Source: Cupriavidus necator (lineage in GTDB: Bacteria; Pseudomonadota; Gammaproteobacteria; Burkholderiales; Burkholderiaceae). Taken from it: DNA of 32,000 nucleotides. Location: the NCBI RefSeq assembly GCF_016127575.1, contig NZ_CP066018.1:2970001-3002000 (forward strand), in the 5' to 3' direction. Below the pieces are notes generated by a model. That model saw only the letters and a list, made by a program, of their open reading frames with translations. It made no database searches and was not told where the DNA came from. Position numbers and translations under genes: made by a program. This document shows positions 17,074-27,410 of this stretch, piece after piece (position 1 is the stretch's first letter; every line of letters begins with the position of its first letter).

Positions 17074-18252
17074 ATGCCACGCCAGAAAACTGTCTCCTCC
17101 GGAACCGTAAGCAGGGCTCGCCGTCCCAAGCAGCCGGAAGTGAAGGCTGGTGTGGCACATCCCGACGCGCGCGCCGATGCTGAAGGCTTCGAGCCTGATC
17201 TCGCCGCCGAACTGATTCCCGTGACCGACGAGCCCATCGCCACGTCCACTTCGGTGGGCCTGCGCGAGGCCGACCTGCTTGCCGACGACAGTGAGCGCAT
17301 CGTGCGCGACGACGACGAGGACGAGTCGGAAGACGAGGAAGAAGAGAGCGCGGAAAATGGCACCGACAGTGCCGCCCCCGAGCATGATGATTTCCGCACC
17401 GTGCTGCATACCGAGCTGGCTGCGGACACCGTCCAGCACTACCTGAACCGCATCAGCATCAAGCCGCTGCTGTCGGCCCCGGAAGAGCTGCATTTCTCCA
17501 CGCTGGCCAAGGACGGCGACTTTGCCGCGCGCCAGGTCATGATCGAGCGCAACCTGCGGCTGGTGGTCAGTATCGCCAAGGGCTACCTCAATCGCGGCGT
17601 GCCGCTGCTCGATCTGATCGAGGAAGGCAACCTGGGCCTGATGCACGCGATTGAAAAATTCGATCCGTCGCGCGGTTTCCGCTTCTCGACGTACGCGACC
17701 TGGTGGATCCGCCAGAGCATCGAGCGCGCCATCATGAACCAGGCGCGCACGGTCCGCCTGCCGGTCCACGTGATCCGCGAACTCAACCAGGTGCTGCGCG
17801 CCAAGCGCCATCTGGAGAAGGGCGGCACCGACGGGCGCGACGCCAGCCTTGAAGACATCGCCCACCTGCTGGGCAAGACGCCGGACGAAGTGCAGGACGT
17901 CCTGGCACTCAACGAACATACCACCTCGCTCGATACGCCGTTCGATCTCGATCCCGGCTCGAGCCTCCTGGATTTCCTCTCCGACGAGCACAACGCCGCC
18001 CCCGACCAGGAGGTGGCGCACCGCGAGCTGGAAGGGCTGATGAAGCTCTGGCTGGCGCGCCTGTCGGAAAAGCATCGCTATGTGGTGGAGCGCCGCTTCG
18101 GCCTCAACCATATCGAGCCCGCCACGCTGGAAGAGCTGGCCGAGGAAATGGGCCTCACGCGCGAGCGCGTGCGCCAGATCCAGCAGGAGGCGCTGGTCAA
18201 GCTCAAGCGGCATTTCGCTTCGCAAGGTGTCAGGAAGGACGCTGTTCTATGA
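17074..18252 (+). CDS. rpoS: RNA polymerase sigma factor RpoS (sigma-70 family, group 2)
   Basis: Region 2 ([46 protein letters not shown]) and region 4.2 ([18 protein letters not shown]). The RpoS assignment rests on the position downstream of nlpD. It has an acidic N-terminal extension. Confidence 0.88.
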   Translation: MPRQKTVSSGTVSRARRPKQPEVKAGVAHPDARADAEGFEPDLAAELIPVTDEPIATSTSVGLREADLLADDSERIVRDDDEDESEDEEEESAENGTDSAAPEHDDFRTVLHTELAADTVQHYLNRISIKPLLSAPEELHFSTLAKDGDFAARQVMIERNLRLVVSIAKGYLNRGVPLLDLIEEGNLGLMHAIEKFDPSRGFRFSTYATWWIRQSIERAIMNQARTVRLPVHVIRELNQVLRAKRHLEKGGTDGRDASLEDIAHLLGKTPDEVQDVLALNEHTTSLDTPFDLDPGSSLLDFLSDEHNAAPDQEVAHRELEGLMKLWLARLSEKHRYVVERRFGLNHIEPATLEELAEEMGLTRERVRQIQQEALVKLKRHFASQGVRKDAVL

Positions 18253-19085
18253 CCCCTGTGCTGGTATTCGACATCGAGACCATTCCCGATGTTGCCGGCC
18301 TGCGCCGTTTGCATGACCATCCCGATGCGATGAGCGACGCCGAAGTCGCCGAGCATGCGTTTGCCGCCCGCCGCGAAAAGACCGGCAGCGATTTTCTCCC
18401 GCACTACCTGCAGCGCATCGCCGCGATTTCCTGCGTGCTGCGCCGCACGCACCGCGACGGCTCGGCGGTGTTCCACGTCGGCTCGCTCGGCACGCCGGAA
18501 GACGGCGAGGCCACGCTGATCCAGAAGTTCTATGAACTGATCGCGCGCTACAGCCCGCAACTGGTTTCATGGAACGGCGGCGGCTTTGACCTGCCGGTGC
18601 TGCATTATCGCGGCCTGGTCAACGGCGTCACCGCGCCGCGCTACTGGGAGATGGGCGAGGGCCGCGACGACGACAGCCGCGACTTCAAGTGGAACAACTA
18701 CATCAGCCGCTACCACATGCGGCACCTGGACCTGATGGACCTGCTGGCGATGTACCAGCCCCGCGCCAGCGCGCCGCTGGATGACCTGGCCAAGCTGTGC
18801 GGCTTCCCGGGCAAGCTGGGGATGGACGGCAGCAAGGTCTGGCAGGCGTTCCAGGCCGGCCAGCTCGACGAGATCCGCGCCTATTGCGAGACCGACGTCG
18901 TCAACACCTACCTGATGTACTGCCGCTTCCAGCTGATGCGCGGCGGCATGTCGCCGCGCGAGTTCGACATCGAGATGGAGTTCGTCCAGGAGTCATTGGC
19001 CGAACTGCCCGGCGAGCAGTGGATGGAATACCTGCAGGCATTCCGGCTGCAGCGTCTCACGCCCGAAGCCGAAGACCTCGACTGA
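18249..19085 (+). CDS. stand-alone PolB-exonuclease-like 3'-5' exonuclease (DEDD fold, COG3298/PF10108-like)
   Basis: Exo I FDIET, Exo [14 protein letters not shown] and Exo [13 protein letters not shown], with no polymerase domain. The ATG overlaps the rpoS stop (ATGA at 18249-18252). Confidence 0.75.
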   Translation: MTPVLVFDIETIPDVAGLRRLHDHPDAMSDAEVAEHAFAARREKTGSDFLPHYLQRIAAISCVLRRTHRDGSAVFHVGSLGTPEDGEATLIQKFYELIARYSPQLVSWNGGGFDLPVLHYRGLVNGVTAPRYWEMGEGRDDDSRDFKWNNYISRYHMRHLDLMDLLAMYQPRASAPLDDLAKLCGFPGKLGMDGSKVWQAFQAGQLDEIRAYCETDVVNTYLMYCRFQLMRGGMSPREFDIEMEFVQESLAELPGEQWMEYLQAFRLQRLTPEAEDLD

Positions 19086-19088
19086 GCA

Positions 19089-19107
19089 CGGCGGCGACGC
19101 GCCGCCG
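19089..19107. terminator. GC hairpin in the 30-bp spacer between the convergent exonuclease and EEP genes
   Basis: CGGCGGCG-ACG-CGCCGCCG (8-bp stem, 3-nt loop). No U-tract on either strand, so its terminator function is uncertain. Confidence 0.35.
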
Positions 19108-19115
19108 ACACGAAT

Positions 19116-19970
19116 TCACAAATCCAGCGACAGCAGGATCGGCTGGTGGTCCGAGCTGGCCGTATCGGCATCGACCTCGCAGCGCCGGATCCGCCCGGCG
19201 AGATTCTCGGTCACGAACATGAAATCGCAGGCGAACGGCGGCTCCGGCCATTGCTCCTTGTCGTACAGGGCGCAGGTCGGCGCATGCGGCTGGCCTGGGT
19301 GTGTGTGCAGCCAGGCATCGCGCCAGGGCGGCGTGGCATCGTCAAAGGGCTCGAGCACACGGCGGTAGGCGATATCGTCAGGCTTGCTATTGAAGTCGCC
19401 GCACAGGACGGCCTCGGCCGGGCGCGGCTCCGGCGTGAACGGGCCCGGCCATTTCTCGCTGCGGCCGGGGCGGCGCGCATGGTCGCAGGCTTCGGCGTGC
19501 CAGGTGCGCAAGGCTTCGGCCTGGGCGGCGCGCTGGTGTGATGAGTAATACTCCAGGTGCGTGCAGATCACGCGCAGCCGCCGGGTGCTGACTTCGACCG
19601 AGGCTTCCAGCGCCACGCGCGGCATCGAGGCCACTTGCGGGTCCGCCGGCCAGGGCAGGGCGTGGCGGAAGACTTCGCGCACCGGCAGGCGCGTGGCGAT
19701 GAGGTTGCCGAACTGCTTGCGTCCTCCGGTGGCGGTGCGCCGGTCGACACCAGGCGCGTAGAGCAGGTGGTAGCCGGGCAGCAGGGCAGTCAACTCCGTC
19801 ACCTGGTCTTCCCCCGGGCTGCCGCGCAGTTCACCGAAGCCGCGCGTGACCTCCTGCAGGCAGATGACGTCGGCATCGGCAATGCCGCGCAAGGTGTCGA
19901 CCTGCCGGCCCAGGTCGACATGCCCGTCGGCGCCGCGACCCCATTGGATATTCCAGGAAATCAGTTCCAT
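19116..19970 (-). CDS. endonuclease/exonuclease/phosphatase (EEP) family protein
   Basis: EEP catalytic motifs [21 protein letters not shown] and SSDHQPI. A GGAGAC ribosome-binding site lies upstream on the minus strand. Confidence 0.85.
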   Translation of the reverse strand: MELISWNIQWGRGADGHVDLGRQVDTLRGIADADVICLQEVTRGFGELRGSPGEDQVTELTALLPGYHLLYAPGVDRRTATGGRKQFGNLIATRLPVREVFRHALPWPADPQVASMPRVALEASVEVSTRRLRVICTHLEYYSSHQRAAQAEALRTWHAEACDHARRPGRSEKWPGPFTPEPRPAEAVLCGDFNSKPDDIAYRRVLEPFDDATPPWRDAWLHTHPGQPHAPTCALYDKEQWPEPPFACDFMFVTENLAGRIRRCEVDADTASSDHQPILLSLDL

Positions 19971-20068
19971 TTGCCGTCTCCGTCACGTCGCCGGGAAGCA
20001 GCCGCCGATGCCGGCCCGGTCTGGCATACAATCCCGCTTTCACAAAACAATATGTCAGGTTTCGTCTG

Positions 20069-21526
20069 ATGTCCCAAGCCGTGTCCTCCCCACAAGAAAC
20101 GCCGGCAGCCGCGGCCGCTGTTGCCGATCAAGGTGCTGCTCCCGTCGCAAAAGAGTCCCGTGTCCGCGCCGACGCTGGCGCCCCCGCGGCCGATCCCGTG
20201 GTGTCGATCGACAGCCTCGACATGGAGGCCCGCGGCGTTGGCCGCCTGCTGAATGAGGACGGCACGCCCGGCAAGGTGATCTTCGTCGAAGGCGCGCTGC
20301 CCGGCGAGACCGTCAGCTACCGCAGCTTTCGCCGCAAGCCCAGCTACGAGCAGGCCCACCTGGTCGAGGTCCGGCAGGAATCGGTGATGCGCGTGAAGCC
20401 CGGCTGCCAGCATTTCGGGGTCTGCGGCGGGTGCTCGATGCAGCATCTCGATTCGCGTGCCCAGCTGGCGATCAAGCAGCGCGTGCTGGAAGACAACCTG
20501 TGGCACCTGTCCAAGGTGAAGCCCGACGTGGTGTTCCGTCCCATCGCCGGGCCGGACTGGGGCTATCGCTACCGCGCGCGGCTGACTGTGCGCCATGTGG
20601 CCAAGAAGGGTGGGGTGCTGGTCGGCTTCCATGAGCGCAAGAGCAGCTATGTGGCCGACATGACCCGTTGCGAGATCCTGCCGCCGCACGTGTCGGCCAT
20701 GCTGGTGCCGCTGCGCGAGCTGGTCGGCGGCCTGTCGATCCGCGACCGCATGCCGCAGATCGAGCTGGCCGTGGGGCAGGAAGTCACCGCGCTGGTGCTG
20801 CGCATCCTGGAGCCGCTGACCGATGCCGACAAGGACCTGCTGCGCGCCTTCGCCGACCAGCACAAGGTGCAGTTCTGGCTGCAGCCCAAGGGCCCGGATA
20901 CGGTCTACCCGTTCTACCCGGCCGATGCCGAGCTGGCCTATACGCTGCCGGAATTCGGCATCCGCATGCCGTTCAAGCCGACCGATTTCACCCAGGTGAA
21001 TCACCAGATCAACCGCGTGCTGATCGGCCGCGCGCTGCGCTTGCTGGACGCGCAGCCGCAGGACCGCCTGCTCGACCTGTTCTGCGGCATCGGCAACTTC
21101 ACGCTGCCGCTGGCCACGCAGGGCAAGTCGGTGATGGGCATCGAAGGCAGCGAGGCGCTGACCACGCGTGCGCTGGCCAACGCCGAATACAACGGGCTGG
21201 CGGCCAGGACCGAGTTTGCATGCCGCAACCTGTTCGAGGTCACGGCCGAGGACATTGCCGCGCTGGGCCGCTTTGACCGCTGGCTGGTCGATCCGCCGCG
21301 CGAAGGTGCGCTGGCCGTGTGCAAGGCGCTGGGCGAACTGGCGCAGCAGGGCAGCAACGTGCTGCCGCAGCGCATCGTCTACGTCTCGTGCAGCCCAGCC
21401 ACGCTGGCGCGCGACGCCGGCCTGCTGGTGCACGGGGCGGGCTACCGGCTCGCCGGCGCGGGCGTGGTCAACATGTTCCCGCACACCTCGCACGTGGAGT
21501 CGATCGCGGTGTTCGAGCGCGGCTGA
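20069..21526 (+). CDS. rlmD: 23S rRNA (uracil1939-C5)-methyltransferase RlmD (RumA)
   Basis: TRAM domain, Fe-S cysteines [14 protein letters not shown] plus a downstream Cys (MTRCEIL), the SAM motif [14 protein letters not shown] and the catalytic [12 protein letters not shown]. About 43 N-terminal residues are low-complexity. Confidence 0.9.
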   Translation: MSQAVSSPQETPAAAAAVADQGAAPVAKESRVRADAGAPAADPVVSIDSLDMEARGVGRLLNEDGTPGKVIFVEGALPGETVSYRSFRRKPSYEQAHLVEVRQESVMRVKPGCQHFGVCGGCSMQHLDSRAQLAIKQRVLEDNLWHLSKVKPDVVFRPIAGPDWGYRYRARLTVRHVAKKGGVLVGFHERKSSYVADMTRCEILPPHVSAMLVPLRELVGGLSIRDRMPQIELAVGQEVTALVLRILEPLTDADKDLLRAFADQHKVQFWLQPKGPDTVYPFYPADAELAYTLPEFGIRMPFKPTDFTQVNHQINRVLIGRALRLLDAQPQDRLLDLFCGIGNFTLPLATQGKSVMGIEGSEALTTRALANAEYNGLAARTEFACRNLFEVTAEDIAALGRFDRWLVDPPREGALAVCKALGELAQQGSNVLPQRIVYVSCSPATLARDAGLLVHGAGYRLAGAGVVNMFPHTSHVESIAVFERG

Positions 21527-21546
21527 TCGCGCAAGTCGCACCAAAG

Positions 21547-21573
21547 AAAAACCGGCCATCAGGCCGGTTTTTT
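21547..21573. terminator. bidirectional rho-independent terminator between rlmD and the BI-1 gene
   Basis: AAAAACCGGCC-ATCA-GGCCGGTTTTTT. The stem is flanked by an A-tract upstream and a T-tract downstream, so it can serve both convergent genes. Confidence 0.75.
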
Positions 21574-21595
21574 CATGCTGCAGGGGAGGTTGCCG

Positions 21596-22300
21596 TCACT
21601 CGCGGCTGCCGCCGAAGATGCCCAGCAGCGCCAGCAGGTTGACGAAGACATTGTACACGTCCAGGTAGATTGCCAGCGTGGCGGTGATGTAGTTGGTCTC
21701 GCCGCCGTTTACCACGCGCTGCACATCGAACAGGATGTACGCCGAGAAGATACCGATGGCGATCACCGACACCGTGATCATCAGCGAGGGCAGCTGCAGC
21801 CAGATATTGGCGACGCTGGCCAGGATCAGCAGGATCACGCCGACGAACAGGAACTTGCCCAGGCCGGAGAAATCACGCTTGCTGACCGTGGCGATGGTCG
21901 CCATTGCGCCGAATACCGCCGCCGTGCCGCCAAAGGCATACATGATCAGCGCCGGCCCGTTGGAGAACTGCAGCGTCACGCCGATCAGCCGCGACAGCAT
22001 TAGCCCCATGAAGAACGTGAAGGCCAGCAGCAGGACCACGCCCATGCTGCTGTTCTTGGTCTTCTCGATACCGTAGAAGAACCCGAACGCAATGCCCAGG
22101 AACAGGATCAGCGACAGGAACGGGTTGCCCGCCATGAAGCTGAAGCCGGTGGCCACGCCGATCCACGCGCCGAGCACGGTGGGGATCATCGAGAGGGCCA
22201 GCAGCCAGTAAGTGTTGCGCAAGACCCGGTTGCGAACGACGACGTCAGTGACGGTCGACGCACTGTTGCCGAAACCGTAGGTGTTCAGCTTGTTATCCAT
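21596..22300 (-). CDS. Bax inhibitor-1/YccA family membrane protein
   Basis: Seven predicted TM helices, a BI-1-like N-terminus (...RNRVLRNTYWLLALSM) and a C-terminus (LDVYNVFVNLLALLGIFGG). An AGGAGTC ribosome-binding site lies upstream. Confidence 0.88.
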   Translation of the reverse strand: MDNKLNTYGFGNSASTVTDVVVRNRVLRNTYWLLALSMIPTVLGAWIGVATGFSFMAGNPFLSLILFLGIAFGFFYGIEKTKNSSMGVVLLLAFTFFMGLMLSRLIGVTLQFSNGPALIMYAFGGTAAVFGAMATIATVSKRDFSGLGKFLFVGVILLILASVANIWLQLPSLMITVSVIAIGIFSAYILFDVQRVVNGGETNYITATLAIYLDVYNVFVNLLALLGIFGGSRE

Positions 22301-22596
22301 GGTGACTCCTGTCTCAAAACGGTGAGGCGCCGGGCTGCGAGGCTTCGGATGCGAAGATTCGTATGGAACCCGGACGGAACCATCGTCAATGTGGCACCTG
22401 GGAGGCTAAATTGCAAGGGCGAGGTAACTCATGAGTCACCTATTGCATGCTTTGCGCCGTTCGGTGCCGCTCACATTGGATGTTAGCCGGGGCGGCGTGT
22501 TCCTGGCATGACAAGGTTGTAATGTGCTCATTGGCGCACTTTGCGACCGGTTGTGCGGCAAGGGCGGCCCGACACACGCCAGAGCAGGGAAGACCC

Positions 22597-22626
22597 TCGA
22601 AAGGGTCATAGTCTTCGTGCTAGAAT
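22597..22626 (+). promoter_or_regulatory. candidate sigma-70 promoter of ndk
   Basis: TCGAAA (4/6 match to TTGACA), an 18-bp spacer and TAGAAT (22621-22626), about 45 nt upstream of the ndk ATG. It is overlapped by the nested inverted repeats GAAGAC/GTCTTC and GACCCT/AGGGTC. Confidence 0.3.
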
Positions 22627-22672
22627 CGCACGTTTAATCCATTTGTAACCCCTTCATTTTTCGGAGTTTTTC

Positions 22673-23098
22673 ATGGCGATCGAACGCACCCTGTCGATTA
22701 TCAAGCCGGATGCCGTGGCCAAGAATGTCATTGGCCAGATCTACGCCCGTTTCGAGGCCGCCGGCCTGAAGATCGTTGCTGCCAAGATGGTGCACCTGTC
22801 GCGCGGCGAAGCCGAGCAGTTCTACGCTGTCCACAAGGAGCGTCCGTTCTTCAAGGACCTGGTGGATTTCATGGTTTCCGGCCCGGTCATGATCCAGGCC
22901 CTGGAAGGCGAGAACGCCATCGCCAAGAACCGTGACCTGATGGGCGCCACCGACCCTAAGAAGGCCGAGAAGGGCACCATCCGCGCCGATTTTGCCGACA
23001 GCATCGACGCCAACGCCGTGCACGGCTCGGACGCCGCTGAAACGGCTGCCGTGGAAGTGTCGTTCTTCTTCCCGGGCATGAACGTCTACAGCCGCTGA
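22673..23098 (+). CDS. ndk: nucleoside-diphosphate kinase
   Basis: [15 protein letters not shown]... with the active-site NAVHGSD. It is 141 aa, with a GGAG ribosome-binding site. Confidence 0.97.
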   Translation: MAIERTLSIIKPDAVAKNVIGQIYARFEAAGLKIVAAKMVHLSRGEAEQFYAVHKERPFFKDLVDFMVSGPVMIQALEGENAIAKNRDLMGATDPKKAEKGTIRADFADSIDANAVHGSDAAETAAVEVSFFFPGMNVYSR

Positions 23099-23151
23099 TT
23101 GTCCGGCGCTGCTGCCAGGACTAGACTGACACCGAAGCTGAGTTTGCCGCC

Positions 23152-24306
23152 ATGAACGCTCTCGTCAACCTGCTCGACCTCGACGCGGACGCGCTCACCG
23201 CTTATTGCGGCGAGCTCGGCGAGAAGCCGTTCCGTGCGCGGCAACTGCAACGCTGGATCCACCACTACGGTGCCAGCCGCTTCGACGCCATGTCGGATCT
23301 CGCCAAGTCGCTGCGCGAAAAGCTCGCGACGCGGGCCGAGATCCGCGCGCCTGCCGCCATTACCGACCACCTGTCGGCCGACGGCACGCGCAAGTGGCTG
23401 CTCGACGTGGGCCAGGGCAACGCGGTGGAAACGGTCTACATCCCCGAGGAAACGCGCGGCACGCTGTGCGTTTCCTCGCAGGCAGGGTGCGCCGTCAACT
23501 GCCGCTTCTGTTCCACCGGCAAGCAAGGCTTCTCGCGCAACCTCAGCACCGGTGAAATCATCGGCCAGCTGTGGATGGCGGAGTTCGCCATGCGCGAACA
23601 ACTGGGCCGCGGCCCCAAGGACGACCGCGTTATCTCCAACGTGGTGATGATGGGCATGGGCGAGCCGCTGCTGAACTACGATGCTGTCGTGCCGGCCATG
23701 CGCCTGATGCTCGACGACAACGCCTACGGCCTGTCGCGCCGCCGCGTGACGCTGTCCACCTCCGGCGTGGTGCCGATGATGGACCGGCTGTCCAAGGATC
23801 TCCCGGTGGCTCTCGCCGTGTCGCTGCACGCGTCCAATGACGCCTTGCGCGACGTGCTGGTGCCGCTGAACAAGAAGTACCCGCTGGCCGAACTGATGGC
23901 GGCATGCCGCCGCTACCTGGAATTCGCGCCGCGCGATTTCATTACTTTCGAATACTGCATGCTGGACGGCGTCAACGACGGCGTCGAGCATGCGCGGGAA
24001 CTGCTGAAGCTTGTGGCCGACGTGCCGTGCAAGTTCAACCTGATCCCGTTCAATCCCTTCCCCGAATCGGGCCTGAAGCGCTCCAACAACGATCAGATCC
24101 GGCGCTTTGCGCAGGTGCTGATGGACGCAGGGATCGTGACCACCATCCGCAAGACCCGCGGCGACGATATCGACGCCGCCTGCGGCCAGCTTGCCGGTGA
24201 GGTGAAGGACCGCACGCGCCTGGTCGAGCGCGGCAAGTTCGGCAAGATCACGCCACTGGTGCCGGTCGCTGCTTCCGGCCAGCCTCGGGAGGTTCGCCCT
24301 GCATGA
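23152..24306 (+). CDS. rlmN: 23S rRNA/tRNA (adenine-C2)-methyltransferase RlmN (radical SAM)
   Basis: Radical-SAM CxxxCxxC ([11 protein letters not shown]), [11 protein letters not shown] and the C-terminal DIDAACGQL. Confidence 0.95.
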   Translation: MNALVNLLDLDADALTAYCGELGEKPFRARQLQRWIHHYGASRFDAMSDLAKSLREKLATRAEIRAPAAITDHLSADGTRKWLLDVGQGNAVETVYIPEETRGTLCVSSQAGCAVNCRFCSTGKQGFSRNLSTGEIIGQLWMAEFAMREQLGRGPKDDRVISNVVMMGMGEPLLNYDAVVPAMRLMLDDNAYGLSRRRVTLSTSGVVPMMDRLSKDLPVALAVSLHASNDALRDVLVPLNKKYPLAELMAACRRYLEFAPRDFITFEYCMLDGVNDGVEHARELLKLVADVPCKFNLIPFNPFPESGLKRSNNDQIRRFAQVLMDAGIVTTIRKTRGDDIDAACGQLAGEVKDRTRLVERGKFGKITPLVPVAASGQPREVRPA

Positions 24307-25082
24307 TCCGTCTGATCGCTGCGGCCCTGCTGGGGCTGCTGATGTTGTCCGGCTGCCAGCTGCCGCATGCGCCGGCGCAGGATCCCCAGACCGCTTCCGA
24401 CCAGACCGATGCAAGGCGCCGTGCCGGCATCCGGCTGCAGCTCGCCACCAACTATCTGGAGGCCGGCCAGAACGCGGTCGCCCTTGACGAGATCAAGCAG
24501 GCCATTGCCATCGATCCGGCGCTTGCCGATGCCTACCATGTGCGCGCGCTGATCTACATGAACATGAATGAGCGCACGCTGGCCGACGACAGCTTCCGCA
24601 CGGCGGTGTCGATGCGTGCCAACGACGGCGACCTGCTCAACAACTACGGCTGGTTCCTGTGCCAGGAAGGGCGCTACGGCGAGGCCGTGCCGATGCTGCA
24701 GCGCGCGATGGCGGCGCCGTCAGCAGGCGGCCCCGCCAAGCCGCTGATCAGCCTGGGCGCGTGCGAACTGCGCCAGGGCCACAGCGCCGAAGCGGAAAAG
24801 AACCTGAAGGCCGCGCTCGGCTACGACCGCAACAACCCGGTGGCCAACACCAACCTCGCGCTGGTCTTCTACCGGCGCGGCGACTTCGCGCAGGCCCGGC
24901 AATATATCCAGCGCGTCAACAACAGCCAATATGTCAATGCGCAATCCCTCTGGCTGGGAGCGCGCATTGCCCACCGTCAGGGCGACAGCCGCACGCAGGA
25001 TGCGCTTGGGGCGCAACTGCGCAGCCGCTTCCCCGACTCGCGTGAGTTGACCGCCTACGAACAAGGAGCATGGGATGAGTGA
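24303..25082 (+). CDS. pilW: TPR lipoprotein, type IV pilus biogenesis/stability protein PilW (PilF)
   Basis: Lipobox LMLSGC and TPR repeats. It occupies the conserved position between rlmN and rodZ, as in the Pseudomonas ndk-rlmN-pilF-rodZ-ispG-hisS cluster. Its ATG overlaps the rlmN stop (ATGA). Confidence 0.8.
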   Translation: MIRLIAAALLGLLMLSGCQLPHAPAQDPQTASDQTDARRRAGIRLQLATNYLEAGQNAVALDEIKQAIAIDPALADAYHVRALIYMNMNERTLADDSFRTAVSMRANDGDLLNNYGWFLCQEGRYGEAVPMLQRAMAAPSAGGPAKPLISLGACELRQGHSAEAEKNLKAALGYDRNNPVANTNLALVFYRRGDFAQARQYIQRVNNSQYVNAQSLWLGARIAHRQGDSRTQDALGAQLRSRFPDSRELTAYEQGAWDE

Positions 25083-26040
25083 GCACGACCGCGCCGCAGG
25101 CCAGGCCGTACCGACGCAACAAGTCGGCGGGGGCGCGCACGAAGGAGAACGCGAAGCTGCCGCACGCGAGATCGGCGCAGCGCTGGCGCGCGAGCGCGAG
25201 GCGCAGCGCATGTCGGTGGAAGACGTCAGCGCGCGCCTGAAGGTGGCTGCAGGCAAGCTGCGCGCGATCGAGGCCGGCAACCTGCAGGCACTGCCCGACG
25301 TGACCTTCGCCAAGGGCGTGATGCGTGCCTATGCGCGCATGCTGCACGTCGACATCGACCCGCTGCTGGCACGCTTCCAGCCGCGCCCGGTGGCGCAGGT
25401 GGCGGAAATTGCCCGGCAGCGCGAAGGTGGCATCAATGCGGCCTTCGACGACCGCAACCGCTTCCGCTCGGGCGGCAACGGCGGCCGCTGGGTCTGGCTG
25501 GCGCTGGTGGCCGTGCTGGTGGCCGCGGGCGGCTGGTTCGGGCTTGACCATATCCGCGCATGGATCGATGCGCGCAGCAGCGCTGCCGAGACCGTAACGG
25601 CTGAAGCGCCTGCCGTGATCCAGAGCACGGAAGCCGGCACCGTGACGGCGGTGCTGCCGCCGGTCATGGCCGCCAGCGATTCGCCGGCGCCGTCTGCCGA
25701 AACCGCTCCGGCCAGTGCCGCCGCGGCCCCCGTGGCCGCGCTGGCGCCCGCAGCCGCTTCCGCGCCTGCAGCTGCCGCGGCACCGGCTGCGCCAGCAGGA
25801 GAGGGCGAACTGCAGATCCGTTTTGCCGCCGATACCTGGTATGAGATCCGGGACAATAGCGGCAAGATCGTCATGGGCGGTACCGCCAAGGCTGGCCAGA
25901 CCGTGGCCGGTGGCGGCACGGCCCCATACAAGGTGGTGATCGGCAACGTCAAGGGCGTCGAGTCGCTGACGCGCAATGGCACGCCGGTCGACCTGAAGGC
26001 AGCCAACCGCAACAACGTGGCGCGCCTGACGCTGCCCTGA
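25075..26040 (+). CDS. rodZ: cytoskeleton protein RodZ (HTH, TM, Ala/Pro linker, DUF4115-type C-terminal domain)
   Basis: Xre-type HTH ([17 protein letters not shown]...IEAGN), a single TM ([19 protein letters not shown]) and a C-terminal beta-domain ([21 protein letters not shown]...). It sits in the conserved position upstream of ispG. Confidence 0.8.
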   Translation: MSEHDRAAGQAVPTQQVGGGAHEGEREAAAREIGAALAREREAQRMSVEDVSARLKVAAGKLRAIEAGNLQALPDVTFAKGVMRAYARMLHVDIDPLLARFQPRPVAQVAEIARQREGGINAAFDDRNRFRSGGNGGRWVWLALVAVLVAAGGWFGLDHIRAWIDARSSAAETVTAEAPAVIQSTEAGTVTAVLPPVMAASDSPAPSAETAPASAAAAPVAALAPAAASAPAAAAAPAAPAGEGELQIRFAADTWYEIRDNSGKIVMGGTAKAGQTVAGGGTAPYKVVIGNVKGVESLTRNGTPVDLKAANRNNVARLTLP

Positions 26041-26078
26041 CGCGGGCGCGAGGTGCGTCTTTGCAAGGTGGTAACGCT

Positions 26079-27371
<1,293 letters not shown>

Positions 27372-27410
27372 GCCGGACCGGCCGGGTGCCAGCAGCCTGA
27401 CAAGAACAGA

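Noticed and set aside
16141-18225. 694-aa minus-strand ORF opposite nlpD and rpoS
   Set aside because: It is in the codon-aligned antisense phase of nlpD (16207) and rpoS (17074), which are both phase 1. There are no motifs.
6710-21559. Other long alternative ORFs: 6710-8068(-), 7971-9431(-), 9837-11114(+), 10724-11920(+), 12021-13187(-), 13228-13911(+), 14332-15792(-), 15182-16144(-) and 19961-21559(-). Outside this range the same applies to 1340-2323(-), 23086-24414(-), 28862-29503(-), 29557-30585(-) and 30998-31933(-).
   Set aside because: I checked the arithmetic for each one. Every ORF shares the codon phase of the annotated gene on the opposite strand, which is the expected high-GC artefact. 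Same-strand off-frame ORFs (for example 4930-6693 and 2660-3280) translate to Arg/Pro/Gly-rich nonsense.
22392-22407. Sigma-54-like motif TGGCAC-N5-AGGCT in the BI-1/ndk spacer
   Set aside because: The -24 half is perfect, but the -12 half lacks the conserved T before GC. No enhancer-binding-protein gene lies nearby, and the motif is about 265 nt from ndk. I mention it only as part of the spacer description.
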